From Antedon mediterranea (lineage: Eukaryota > Animalia > Echinodermata), in the NCBI RefSeq assembly GCF_964355755.1, contig NC_092680.1, forward strand, positions 15,323,045 to 15,387,044: a stretch of DNA of 64,000 bases, given 5' to 3'. The notes below the pieces were generated by a model. That model searched no databases. It saw nothing but the letters and a program-made list of their open reading frames with translations, and was not told the DNA's origin. The position numbers and the translations under genes are program-made. This document shows positions 25,501 through 39,500 of this stretch, piece after piece (position 1 is the stretch's first letter; each line of letters begins with the position of its first letter).

Positions 25501-28500
25501 TGGTTTGTTTATATGAACTGTCAAGCTATTTACATATCGTAGCATGTAAATATGAATAAACGTTAGTAGGCTGAAACTTTATTAATCAGAAATCATAAGA
25601 AAAGATTATCTTAGCTCCCTCTGGAATCAAGGAAAATACTAAACACAGAATGGAAGCATCGATACCAGAGAATGGTTTTCAATTAAAGTTACCCTTTTTG
25701 CTTCAAATTTAAAAAAGAAATGTGGGATTCATTCTTTGAAGTAATATTGAACTAATTGCCTTTAGTTTTAAAATGAATAAATAATGATTGATAATATCAC
25801 CAAAAACGAGTTCAGTAAAACAAACCATCCAAGCCACGAAATGTCAAGGAAAGTCAACAAAAACAGGTGTACTTTAAACAAAATTCGACTGGGACTCATA
25901 ACAAGAGTAATTTCTACTTTCTATTTCGGGCACCCATCAAAACAGGTCATTCCTACTACCAGCTGATTGGAAGAGACCTGTCATGATGAAGTTATCAACA
26001 TTATACTCTTCAAATCGATTAACATGCTTGGCGCGTGCAAAATGCAGTAGACATCGTAGTATCTGAATATAAAATGAAAGCTTGTCAGAGCCATAAAGGA
26101 AAATAAGTTTAGGGTTTTAAATGTCTTACCAATTATTACACTTTATATTTTCTTATACAGGTACTTTGTTAGAAACTTTCTCCAAACGAAAGCGGAAATG
26201 AATATTTTCCCAATTCTGATACATTTCACATATCATGTTCCGCAGGTTTTTTGGTATACAAATTCCTGACCTCACTAATTACTACGGTACTCGAGAATAT
26301 TTTGTAGTGAATGTCGTTGCGTTTTATATTAATACCATTGAACTCTCTCATTTATCATTGTTAGCTGGTTTCAGTATAATTATTTTCCTGTTTTTTTATT
26401 CTGGCATTCTTATTTTTATACAATAGCAATTAAGCTAACAAAACCGTGAGTCATCGGGCGTATACTTCGTGGTAACAGTAAAATAATAATTATTGATTTA
26501 CACTGGTAACAAGAGCGCGTCGTATATGCATATTGAAAGAACACGGATTTTGTATTTGTAGGCCTATACGTTATTTTGGTTTAGTATGCTTTAAACTACA
26601 CACAGTTAACGTATACATGACTTCATAAACGTGTAGCTGTTTGTTTTTCTGAAAAATAAATTCCACTAATGTTTTCAAGTCAAAAATCATTATAATCAAT
26701 TTTATTACCCTATAAACTACTATATATATTTAATATTTAAAATATTAAACTCCTGTGTTTGTATGCGTAAGCAATCTTCATTAATACATTCGTCGGTAAG
26801 ATATATCAATAATTTTAAATAAATATTAATTAATATAGTAATGGATGTGTTATATGACCTTAAAATAGATTTTTTTTCACAGCAAAGGGAAAGTGCAAAA
26901 TTCGTGAATAACAAATAATAACGAAAACATTTTGTTGTTGTGATATTTGTGTGATAGCAAGGCGAATATTATGTTTTTCTTTGACCGTGTTGTCAATATT
27001 ATTTTATTTTAATACAGGTGCCATACTAGGAGAAGAAACTGGACGGGTCGGCAGCGTTTACTATGAAATACTTGACCACGCCATGGCTGTGATTCGATCA
27101 AATAGTACATTCTTAACACAATTTCACAAAGATGTATCAGAAGTTGTTGTCGTACAACAGAGCAATGACGACTTATATCCAGCATTAAAAGAAGGTAAGA
27201 AATATCATTTAAAACAAATTTAAAATAGGGTTTTTCTGTACCGTACATCAACAGCAATAGAACTAATCGTGGCGTAGGCCTATTGATATGTTTAAATTGA
27301 ATAACTGTAGCATCATGAATTAATAAGGGAAATAAATACTTGCTTTTGACTGGACTTCAATAAAAAATAATGAGGTTAGGGTTATCCAAAATAAAAACTT
27401 AGAAATAATGTTTTTATGGTTACTTATATTATTTTTCCATTTCAATGATATATACTGTGTTATTGGTCTGTGATTTAGTTTAGTTTCTTATTTTGTATTA
27501 TCATATTGAATATCGTAATACAATACGACGATACATTTATGAACAATCGTTCTTTTATAGTCTGCGATTTTATCCAACAAGAAGTACCATCCACATTAAT
27601 TATCACAGAGGACGTATGTGGTGATGACGTAGGTACATTTATCAGTTATGGATTACCTGGACCAGTATTCACTGTCGACCCTGGTCAGTTTGGTTCCGGA
27701 TCCAGAGCCATCAAGATGTACCCTATCCCGGAAGATATGAGCATATTTCTTCTTGACATGCTTGATTATTTTAAGTGGCGTAAATGGACGATAGTTTATG
27801 AAGATTCTCGTAAGTTGTATTAAAAATATCTATTTATTACAGTATTATTACAGTATTAATCAGTGATGGCACCGTATATAGGTTGAGGGCGGGGATGATG
27901 GTGAGGAGTTGTTATAGGGGAAGATGAGGTTTTAACCGACGGAATACTCGTCTGATTACTTTAATGGTAATGAACTTTAGGCTTGATTTTTAAACACTGT
28001 CTGTGTAAAGCTCCGCAATAGGCCATTTAAGCGTGGTTCCCACTAGAACGCGACGTATCGACGCAAAGTGCTGTATTGCGTAATCACAAGTGGGAACCGA
28101 TGACGCAATAGTGCTGCAAACATCGCAGGTTTGATTTCAAGCAGGCGGGGGCAAACACAATTATTAGAAGGGCATTCTCCTACGTTGCGTAGATTGCGTT
28201 ACGTTGCGTCCCTAGTGGGAACCAAGCTTTAGCTTTGAGATTATCTTTTTTTTTTTGTAAGAAGTGACTGTACTGTAAATACAACATTATGTTATTTTAT
28301 ATTATTACAGAATACAATACATTTTCGGACATATTAGTTGCTGCTTCTGCCAACAAGTTCAACGTCACATTACGTGAATACAACGGTGACGTCGCCGACT
28401 TAGCTGAACAAATAAAGGCTGACGGGAACCAGAACATTCTTCTGATGACGGAGAGTGAGGAAACGACAATAGACATTATAAACAAAGGGGTAGCACAGGG

Positions 28501-31500
28501 AATATTCTCAAGCACGTATCATTGGATGTTGGCTTATCTTGTAAGTCTTTTGTTTTGTTTTTCTGCTCTCCGTGTATTATTATTATTATTTGATACAATA
28601 TACAGTAGTAATTTTGTTTTAAGAATCGACCGAGTTATTAAAAAAGTATGTTTATTCATTATATATTTATTGATAATTTACAATAATCATTTCTCTATAG
28701 GATGTATTTATCGATCGCAGTTTGGAAGAAGTTTTAGAGGAGGAAGGAGTGTACATGACCCGTTTTAAAATGAACTACACTACTGAATGGCAATACACAT
28801 ACCCATCCATACAGATCAATAATCGTGAGTCTCGCGAATGGAGTATGCGTGAAAAGCTGATTTTCGACGCTTTTGTCACTGCTGCGTACGGTCTTAGACG
28901 ATATCATGAAAGACGAGGGGCTACTGGACAGAGTCTTACTAACGTGTTTCCTGGTGAAAGTATCATTAAACCGTGTGAGATGGAGAATCCAAATCCCCGT
29001 GAACTCGATCCTCTCTATTACGATATGCAATGGGTAAATATGATATATTTAATATGGTAATACAGATCTGTTAGTCTACGCCTAATTTAGAATAGATTAT
29101 TTGTGTTGGACATTACATCAATGACGCCTTATCTACCATATTTTGGATTTGGGGTGATATTTTACTTCCATAAAAGAATGTAATTATTGACCGAATGCGG
29201 TTGGATCATGGACTGGACACCTACTAGATGATAGGCCTACTACCCTTTCCTAATGTTACTTCCATTATAATCACACATATTATTGTTATATACATATATA
29301 TTATTATTAATAATAAATAAATAATAACGGGATTTTTATAGCGCACATACCACTCAAGAGTGACTAAAGTAAATTGATAAAATGTCCATCATATAATTGC
29401 AACTGCTATGAAAGATAAAAGCATCCACAATTTAATTATTATCTTTTGTTGTATAGTATAACTTTGAAGGACTAACAGGAAACATAGCGTTTGATGAGAT
29501 GGGTAATCGTGTAAACTATTCCTTAATGGTGTACAGCGGACGTGGAAGAGCTTTCAATCAACTGGTAAGTTAAGATTACGAAGCAGTAAAGATGTCCCAA
29601 TTTCCTTTTCGTCTTTCTTATTCTTTTACATTTCTGCTCATATTTCCACCTTTCAATCTTGAACTTCATTTCAGAACTGTACTTTATTACCATCTTATTG
29701 TTCTTGTTCATCTCTATTGTATATAGTCTGTATACAATGAAATATAATGGGTAAATGGTTAAGCATATAATTGTATTTATTATTATTTATTAACAGAGAG
29801 GTGAGTGGGTGCAAAATCCTGCGCACTGGGAGCAAAGATATTCAATACCATATGAAAGTGAATCCAGGTTTAATATCACACGATATTTGAAAGGTGAAGA
29901 CAGGAAACTCCAAGTCGTTTCCATTGAGGTAAAACTGACATTAAGAAAATCATTATAATTATATTATGGTACCTGTTTTTAATCTACAAAAATCTCACCG
30001 GTAGTGAGAATGGTATTAAAAATTGAATTTATATGTTCAAAATAGGCTCCACCATTTCTGACTGTCAAAACTGACGGAGAAAAAGATGCCACGAATGGTC
30101 GATTTGAAGGTTTTATAATGGAGCTTCTGGAGGAAATCAAAAACTCCATCAAACGCATTGAGTTCAACTATGAAGTAGAATTGGTACCAGACGGTAAATA
30201 TGGACGTCCAGGAAAATACAATCAAATCTGGAGTGGAATGGTTGGGGAAGTTTACCGAGGGGTGAGTTTAAAGCTATATTTACGACGACTAAATCATTTA
30301 TTGTGGTTTTAATGGGCAGGTGTTTGGTGGTAATATACGTTACGTATACTAACATAAATATTCAATAACTTACTTTTAAGATGTTTTTATGTCTTACAGA
30401 AAGCTGACATTGCTGCTGGCCCGTTAACTATTCGACCAGATCGTGAGGCCGCGGTGTCTTTCACATATCCCTTTATGGATGCTGGAATTAAGGTAATGGT
30501 GCAGCATCCAAACCACGTGAAAGACGATGTTTTCAAAGTCTTCTACCCGTTCGCACTAGAGGTCTGGATTTTGAACGGTTTTCTTTTCTGCTTGGTCGGC
30601 TTAATTATGTATCTTTGTAACTACTTCAGTCCATACGAATGGAGAGCTGCTGCTGAAAGAGGAGATGTGTTTGAAGAGAATCGCGATAATTTCAATGCTA
30701 AGAACTCAATGTGGTTTTTGGCGTCGACGCTATTCCTTCAGAGTTTTGACGCATCTCCAAGATCAAATTCAGGCCGCGTCATCACAGTCTTCTGGTGGGC
30801 TTTTGTTATTATTATGGTGTTCCTACTTCTCAGCAATGCACCATGGCACTTGAACTTTTCAAAACGTCTTACACGAATTCGAACTATGCATGAGTTGGTG
30901 GACCAAATAGATGTTCAACCAGGGATGATAGATTCAGAATCAACGTTTTACTACTTCAAAAAATCAAGAGATAACACAGACAATCAGTTTTATAAGACGA
31001 TACAGAATGCAAATCCAACTGGCAAGGTAAAAACAATGGACGAGGCCGTGAAGAGAATTCGAGATTCTGGTGGATCGTACGCGTTCTTAGGAGAATCACC
31101 AATTTTAGAATATGAGGCATCCAAAGAACCATGTGATCTTTTTGTAGGCAGTGGAACTCTTGTGCAGCAAAGTTATGGGTTGGCAGTACGCAAAGGTTCA
31201 CCATTAGAAGAACCGCTTTCTCATGCCATTCAAAATCTTCGAGACAGTGGGGTCATTCACCGTCTGGAGCTTAACTACTGGGATAGACACAGTCGATGTG
31301 GTAACTTGACTACTTGGGAAAAACAGGGTATATACTCTTATACTTCATACGATTTAAGGGGTGTATATTGCCTGTTTGTTATTGGATGTGTAATAAGTTT
31401 AATTGCGTTTGCTGTCGAGTTCATGTGTTGCAATCCAAGACGCAAGCGAAAACCAACCAGACAATCTCAGCCTCAGCGAGAGACTTCAGCGGGCAACGGA

Positions 31501-31554
31501 ACCAGTGTTGACTATGAACTAACCGGTCCAACCAAAGAGAAACAGTGGTTGTGA
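22578..31554 (+). CDS. Divergent ionotropic glutamate receptor, cluster gene 3 (~895 aa)
   Basis: Exons 22578-22665 (signal peptide MAHAVVNVLVCVLLFHANVHIANG), 27018-27194, 27561-27809, 28311-28540, 28701-29033, 29457-29564, 29797-29928, 30046-30261, 30400-31554. Total 2688 nt in frame; closest paralog of gene 2 (same introns, same KEKQWL terminus). Confidence 0.92.
24843..25207 (+). repeat. ~80-bp direct repeat (24843-24920 and 25127-25207)
   Basis: ATAATTTTAAGTATG[C/T]TGACTAA..CCGATGATGAACAGTTT...ATAATAGTTTCGTCATTGGTGAACAATT occurs twice in gene 3 intron 1. Confidence 0.85.
28028..28230. mobile_element. PIF/Harbinger-like MITE
   Basis: TIR AGCGTGGTTCCCACTAG...CTAGTGGGAACCAAGCT flanked by TAA/TTA. 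Confidence 0.8.
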
Positions 31555-33186
31555 TCAAACGTGTATATAATATGTTTGTTTTGGTTTAGTTATGTTATGT
31601 CTCTTTGTATTGAAATAAAATAAATAGTTTGAACTACATCACAGTAAAAGTAACTTAATTTAAAGTTTAAAAGAAACTCATTTTGTAATATAATACTAAT
31701 CCAATATGTTATTAGAAGATCATTTTTATTTTTCAATTAATTGAAAATAGCGAGCTTTCATTTCGAATCGAAAGGAGACGTAGGCCTAATTTCTAATAAA
31801 GAGTAATATGCGCATGCGTATAAGCCAAATATAAACGGTTCCTGTCATGAAATGAAAGCTCGCTTGTATTGTATGGTTTGAGTACGGTTTTGTAGAAAGT
31901 CTGTACTGATAAGCATGCAAACATTGCATTGTCTCACTGGATTAAATAAATTGATCAGTGCTACACTTCGTTTTGTGAGGTCTTTACTCAGAAAATACAA
32001 AACAATAATTAGACTTATTGATAGATTAAATAGACAGTCAGTATCGTGTTTCTTTTTATATAAATTTGTAACAAAAATGTAACACTTTTTTTAGTTTATG
32101 TATGGTGTTAACCAATACATTTTATTGAGGATTTTTTTATGATGTGAATAATGTTTATCAGTAGTTACAAAAAAAAAAATGTGGCTTTCGAAAAAAAAAG
32201 AAGAAGAGAGGATCAAGGTTTGAAGAGGAGGAGACAGTCAGAAAGTGATGACCAGTTTCATTTGTCAGTCAAAAAGCATATAAAAATGTATAGAATTGTC
32301 TACTTTCCACTCCCTTTTCTCTCAGCTACTCCTATAATTAGTAATATTTATTTATGGATTTTTACATTTCATTATAAATCTAGTATAATATGTATATACA
32401 TGCTTTCAGATAAGCTACAACAAAATTGATAATACCTTGAAAAGTGTTGTTACCCTCTAAGTACTTTTCTCGCTTAGGGCTTTCACGATTTAAAAAAAAT
32501 ATATTTTTAAAACTTTTCAGTGCATTGTAAATCGATAGATTGGAATAAAAAAAAGAAATATATTTGTTCGTTGTTGTTTTTTTTAATTTTAAATTTTTGT
32601 TATTATATACGGTAGTTTGCTTTGATTTGAAGATTAAAACGTACGATAAATCACGAAATAATAATGTTAATGAATTTCAAAATAATTGAGATATCAAAAA
32701 ATATACATAGATATATTTATTTGATTTCTAATTTGTTCAAAAAAACTACTGTATACCTACATTTTACCGGTCAAAGTACATTAATTGAAAAATGATTGAA
32801 AATGTGTGTTTACTTGTAGGTCTAAACCAGGTACCTGATTATTCTATGGCGGAAAACATATTAATTTATCCCAAAATGCATACGAAAATTCGAAGTTGTC
32901 ACCTTTTGACCCGATGTTGCAGCTTCCGGTGACTTGCGGAGGAATGTATAGTACGTGGTGCCTCTGTGGTCACTCTCAGACCTATTTAACGTATTACATA
33001 AGAACTGAAGGCCTTTTGCGGGGAGCAATATAATATAATTATTTATTAGAGTTTGTTTATGGTATATTTGTTTTTCAATCATAGAGTACAAACTTAGCCT
33101 TGGCCAGATTTTAACCGTGCATCAACCAAACTAATTAATATCAATATAAGTTAATAGTGCTGGAATTATTTATTTATTTTTTTCTA

Positions 33187-33273
33187 AATAATTCCTCAAA
33201 CTACGAATGAATGTAGGTAGGCCTATACACTCAGAGTGTAGGCCTACATTCATTCGTAGTTTGAGGAATTATT
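33187..33273. repeat. Perfect 31-bp inverted repeat (87-nt hairpin)
   Basis: AATAATTCCTCAAACTACGAATGAATGTAGG (33187-33217) pairs exactly with 33243-33273; the spacer has a further TACACTC/GAGTGTA stem. Confidence 0.92.
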
Positions 33274-34178
33274 GACTCACCATAGCATGCAACCTTTAGC
33301 GAAACAATTCTGCCGCTGTCATGCTTCTTTTGAATCGTTGGAAAATAATTCTACTGGTATCAACTCTTTCATCATTTCTAATTTTAAGACCAGGAATTAC
33401 CATAACAATTAATCCTCGACGGTTTGATGAATATATATGTGTTGACTAAAGTAATGCACCAAAGAATTCTAAACCACAAAGAACGAATATTATAAAGTGG
33501 CATTCATTGTTAGGCCTACAGTACCGCTTTTTTACTATTGACAAACCAAACACTTTGTTGCATTAATAATTTTAAGCCAAAGAAGAAATATTCTTGTAGC
33601 CTGAGCTTTAAAGTTTAAATAATCTTCTCACGTACGAAAAACAGCAAGATCAGAACAATAGACCGCCAGCTCAGAGACATTTGGTTAGATGAACTAGGTA
33701 CCATTATCTGACTATTTTTATTTGGGCTGTCTGTCTACAATGGTAATAGCAATGAGAATAATCTGCTTAGATGTTATACAGTATAAAACAATTATTAATC
33801 AATGTGTTTATATTGGTACAAATAATTTCTTGTTGTGAAATATGAAATTCTAATTTCACTCTGGCTTCAGTTTCAGTAGGCTACTAATGACCAATAGCCG
33901 TCAGCATTTACATTGTCTGATATTCTGTATAGTTAAATTTATACGTATCCGTATTTTGTACTGTATAAGTTCACATTCCACCAGAGGTCACGGTAGTTTT
34001 ATTGGTATGATACAGGAAGTAGTTTGTTCAAATAACAATACCCAAATGAGGTATACGAAATCAATACTTGACCTTGTTGGTTTCCGCTCACAAAGCACCG
34101 ATAAAAGGTTGTGTTTTGCTATAATATTTACCATTACATTACAGTATTTATAGTGATGTGGTTTAGACTTTTATTTTA

Positions 34179-35080
34179 GGGCCTGTTTCTGCTGAGCAGA
34201 AATAATCGATTATTAACCGTTTATTTTTTTAATCGATTATTTTTGGGCAGCAGAAACGGCGCAAAATAAAATAACCGATTAAAAATAACCGATTAAAAAC
34301 ACTCAATCCATTGCGTGTTTTAATCGATTATTTCTTGTTTTAACCGATTATTGCGGAGCAGTTTTGAGCTGCAACACAAATAGCGATTATTGACCTCACT
34401 TTGACCTCTAGAGTATGACAAACTTATTCACGTAACAAAGCATGCTGTTTTGCGCGATATCGACGACGATCAGCAAAACCACGATCGCGATGTATACCGA
34501 ATAACAATCAAATGTTAAACATTTGATTTGTATTATTTAGTGGGGGAGAATTATACCGAGAGACTCCAGGATTCTGTGTTACAAGTACACCCGTTACATA
34601 CCACCAGTCCAGGCTAACGATGTTTTACATGTCATTTTTTAGGCCTGTTGTCTGTTGACTTGTTTCGGTAGAAATATATAGCCTATAGGCCTAGCAGGCC
34701 GAAGGTAGAACCAACGAACGGCGAAACGAACTTTGTTCGCCGACGTGTCCTTATTAATATAACATCATTATTCTGTTGTATGTGGTACGGTAGTAGGCCT
34801 AGATGTTTATTTTACAAATAATATAGCTTTACGTAAGAGTAATTTTTAATCCTACATGTGAGAGTTTTAGGCAGCGATACGATGTTAAAACAAACCAACT
34901 CTCATCGGCCTTTCATAACTTGAACTCCGCTGTGGGGGAATGATGACGTGATTTTAAAAACCGATTACCTGAATAACCGATTAAAGTCGTAGCAATTTTC
35001 AATTGCAACGCGATTATTTTTGTGGTTTGCGGTGACTGGAAAAAATCGATTATTTTGATTTTTTCAGCAGAAACAGACCC
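34179..35080. mobile_element. ~900-bp non-autonomous PIF/Harbinger-like DNA transposon
   Basis: 17-bp TIR GGGCCTGTTTCTGCTGA / TCAGCAGAAACAGACCC (1 mismatch), TTA target duplication on both sides, many subterminal AATCGATT/AACCGATT repeats. Confidence 0.88.
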
Positions 35081-36512
35081 TTAGACAAATACGATGAGAT
35101 GAAATGTTTTTCGCCATTAGTTTAGTTGATATATGTATTTTTCTAATTTCTAGATAAACACACATGGCTTGCATAAATACTGTACTTCTACCGGTGTTTT
35201 ATTTATAAAAATTACGTCATTCCAAATTAATTGTACTGTATATTAATTAGTCTATGGCGATTTGAATAGTGCATACACGATGATATATTATCATCCTCTG
35301 GTCGTGGAGGTGTTTTATACCTCCATGCTCTGGTTAATCAACGGTTTTACTGTAAACTATTTATTGTTTCAAAATCGTATTGGCAGCCGCATGTGGTACT
35401 GTATTACCATTTCACTTTATATCGTCATTAATTATTGATTATCTTCCAGATGATAATTATATCTTCACTTTCATAATTAACTACTACTATCGTCAGTCTG
35501 GGCGTAATAAGTAGGCCACTGTATGTTATAATAATCAACAGTACTACACATTTATTTTTGCGTGCACACGCGTTACATGTAATTTTATTATTTATTCTTA
35601 TTTACTCCAGTACAGTTTTAATGGTCACAATTAATAACAAATAACATAGACAGTATCAATACCAACTTTTATCAAACGAAATATTTATTTGTAAAAAAAA
35701 ACCGTATGGGATGCCAAAGTCACAGAAAAATGTACAGTTTACATCTAAAAAATGTCCAAGGTGAACTAAACTATCGATTATTCATTTAGTGAATCAAAAT
35801 CAACTTTACTACCGTTTACAGTATATCTAATAAAAATAAATCGTTACTGTACCTTATCTGTGTAATAAAATAATAATTTTACAATAAAGTAAAATTAATA
35901 AAAGTAGGACATAGATGTTATTATTAGCCTACACATGACTGCAATAACTGCCTTATACCAAAAAAGAAAGTAGGCCTACAATAAATACGATTATATTTCT
36001 TACTCAACACACTAAAATAATAAACAGTTGTTTGATTATTATATTTTTGTTTCACTTTTCTATATAAAATTGGAATGCTTATTAAATATTAGCAATGATT
36101 ACAAATATTGTACATCTCATAAATACAAGTTGAATTTTAACCGTATAGGCCTAACCATGGTATAACTAAACCAATAATTCAAAATATTGAGTCTATTGTT
36201 TGGGATAAATGAAGGGATGTTTGGAACGGTCCAGGAAGAACCGTTTTCTAGGTTGAACGACACCGTCAAAGTTGTTTGGGTACTTGACTAGTTACAGTAT
36301 TTTAGGCCTTGTTAGTCTTACCCAAATACCAGTCACTATCACATTTAAATATTTACATTTAAAACAACCATCTGGAATAACATCCCGTATGTCTGATGTT
36401 ATTATTCAAATATTACCTTATGGGTGTGTATTCTTAATTATACAAATTCATCTTTTCTAAATACCGAATTTTTTTCGTTTTGTACTTAAAACTATAATCT
36501 ATCATGACGTTA

Positions 36513-39500
36513 TTACAAATATTCCGAAGCTCCGTGACTAGTAGGTTGTCCTGAGTTCCTGTAGGGGTCGTATTGTGGAGCACCTTGAGGATCGTCATTT
36601 CGTTCTCTTAACGTCGTCTGAAACATAGTTGGGCATAGCAGATATGCTACAAGATCGATAAAAAGCATTGTCAATGTACAACCAATACCAATCAGAAGAA
36701 GATAATAAGCTCCCTGTAAGTCTACCAAAGTAAGCGACCAAAGTCCTTCTCTTTCCCAGAAAGACACACCACTGCATTTACCCTCTCTGTATAACCACTT
36801 ACTTTCCAGATCGTCAATGGTACCGTTTGATTTTAACATATTGATAGCATACGAGAGTTGGTCCCTTACGGGTGAGCCACTTTTTGTAGCCATAGCAAAG
36901 GCGAACTTATCCAAGGTATGTTCACCAATATGAACATCACATGGCTTATTTCTTGTGAAAAATTTCAGTACATTGTGGTCTTCGACAAGGCTGTAATCAC
37001 CATCTAACTGACGAACACGTTCAATACCATCTTGGATGTTTCGAACGATGGGACTAGGTTGAGTGGTTGCTACCATGTTGAAGAGTGCTCTGTTCGAAGA
37101 TGCACCTGATGCCTTCAAGTAAGAATATACAGGCGCGTCTTGCACAAGACCTACATCAATCTCCACTTTCTGGTTAAGTTCATGAACGCTTCGGATGTGT
37201 GAAAACTGTTTGTTGAATACTAAAAACGATGAAAGATGCATGCCGTAGAGAAAAACTGTTATCAATGCTAACATCCACCAGAATGCTGCCAAAACGCGTC
37301 CGGCATGTGATCTTGGCGAGGCGTCATAACTCTGCAGGAATACTGTGCTGACTGCGAACCAGATTGAGTTACGAATGTTGAAGTTATCTGCGTTGATTTC
37401 ATATGATTTACCATCTTGCTCAATAACCGTTCTCCATTCATTCGGATTGTAATGGTTGTAGAGGAAAAGTAGACCAGCAACAAAGAACATAGAAAAGAGA
37501 GTGATGAACCAAACTTCAACGCCAAGCGGGTACATAACATTGAAGGAGTAGTCATGAATATTATTAGGATGTTTTACTAGAAGGTGAATCTTTCCTTTCA
37601 AATAAACATTTGTGAAGTCAATATCAGCTTCTCTTTCGTTAGTCTTAACTAGTGGTCCGGCAGCCGCATCTGCTTCCTAACATGAAGAAAGAAAAAAATA
37701 TATATAATTATATAAAAACAAAGCATTTTGAATTAATAATACATGGTCAAGTGAAGGATACTATCAGGACAATTGATAGCGAACTTACCCCTTCCAAAAC
37801 CTCTTTCATCATTCCATTCCATTCCCCAGTTACAATGTCTTTTGTTCCGTAGTTTCGTTCAGCGTCGCCAAACACCTGTAGACGGTAGTCTATGTCAATG
37901 TTCAGAGAACGCTGCAGTACATCTTGGATGTATAACATGAGATCAGGGAGGAAGCCCTCATATCGATCGTTCCCGGTGTACTGTGAAACAAACGATTGCT
38001 GCTCGAAATTTTTCCTCTCTTCGTCAGTCATGTATTCTTCCTTGTTTTTAGTCATTACGTACGGAGCAACCTACATAAATCAAGGAAGATACATGTCAGC
38101 AACTAGTGTATTTGACTATCATATTAGTGATTATTATTATATAGATACATTTATGTATAATTATTGAGTGTTTATGTCCATAATCGAATAACAACGCATA
38201 CAAAGTATACTATTGACATTTTAACAGCATCGTTAAAGTTCTGTTTATTTTATCAAACTTTTTGTGACAGAAAATGTGATGTGCCCAATAATGGACATGA
38301 TGATGTCATATCACTACAACATTCACTACCATATTTGAACACATCACACTTTTTTGGTCAATTAGACAAAGCTCAGTTTACAAAGTACTGTTACCCAGTT
38401 ACCCTACTCTGTATTTCAATGAAATGGAAAGAAAATTATTACTGAACGTTTCCTCACCTCAACCATTGAAATAACAAGGTGATCGTCTTCAGCTTGGAAA
38501 TAGGGATTCATCCTAAGTCGCTGATTAGAAAACCTGTCCGTTGCCCGTTTGAAGCGATTGTATGGATCGTAGTCGGGATTTTGAAGCCACTCACCTCGCT
38601 AGAATAAAAACAAAATGTAATTGCATGAAGAATATCCACAATTGCTATTATCTTGATAAAATCCTATGTTAAAAAATCAAACTACATAAATGCATAATTA
38701 CCCAAAAATGGAGAGTATCTCCTACGCCACTGGTGATGGATATCCTATAGTTTTTTCTACTTCCTTGCTCGTCGAATGCTACACGACCAGACATTCCTTT
38801 AAAATCAACCTGAAAATAATGTAATCGCTTAAGTTTTGTACTTTGTGTCCAGTACGGTGATAATATCTAATCGGACGATTTTGAAAACCACCATGAATTA
38901 AAAATCTCAAACATATAATTTAAAACCAAACCAGATAGAGCACAATGGAATCAGATGCTGATTTTAGGCGATTGTTGCCGACGCAAAGTCTTCTCCTAAA
39001 CAAATTGGGAGACCTGTCTCCTCCATCACTCAAATTAACCGCGCAGTAGGTAGTTTACAAACCATCGTACATACCTTGCTAAAGTAATCCATCAGAACTG
39101 AACTTTCCTCTTCTGAATCACACCGTTTCATGTTCACACGTACGTTATTGCTCTCGTCTACAAATGGACTGCCATTATCGAATCCTCCATTGTCTTGTCT
39201 GCATAAGAAATCACGATATTAAAATGTATAGGACAATTACTGAAGACAATATAGATAAGCAAAACGTTCAAGAAATTAGCCAGAGAATTTAAATATTGAT
39301 AACCGACTTAAATTAATGATTTGTATAACAGTTTGAATAGGGTGTATGAACGTACCCGAACATCTTCAAAGCATGACCCGTGGCAAGAGCGGAGTCAAAA
39401 GCCAATCGCTGTCGGAATTCGTATTTTGTACGCTGTTTGGTAGTGGTTGTTGAAAGACTACCGTCCGTCTCATTCATATTGAACCTTGTGATAAATGCAT

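Noticed and set aside
24540-26100. Traces of reverse-transcriptase-like coding sequence in gene 3 intron 1
   Set aside because: Too degenerate to assign a frame or family by eye.
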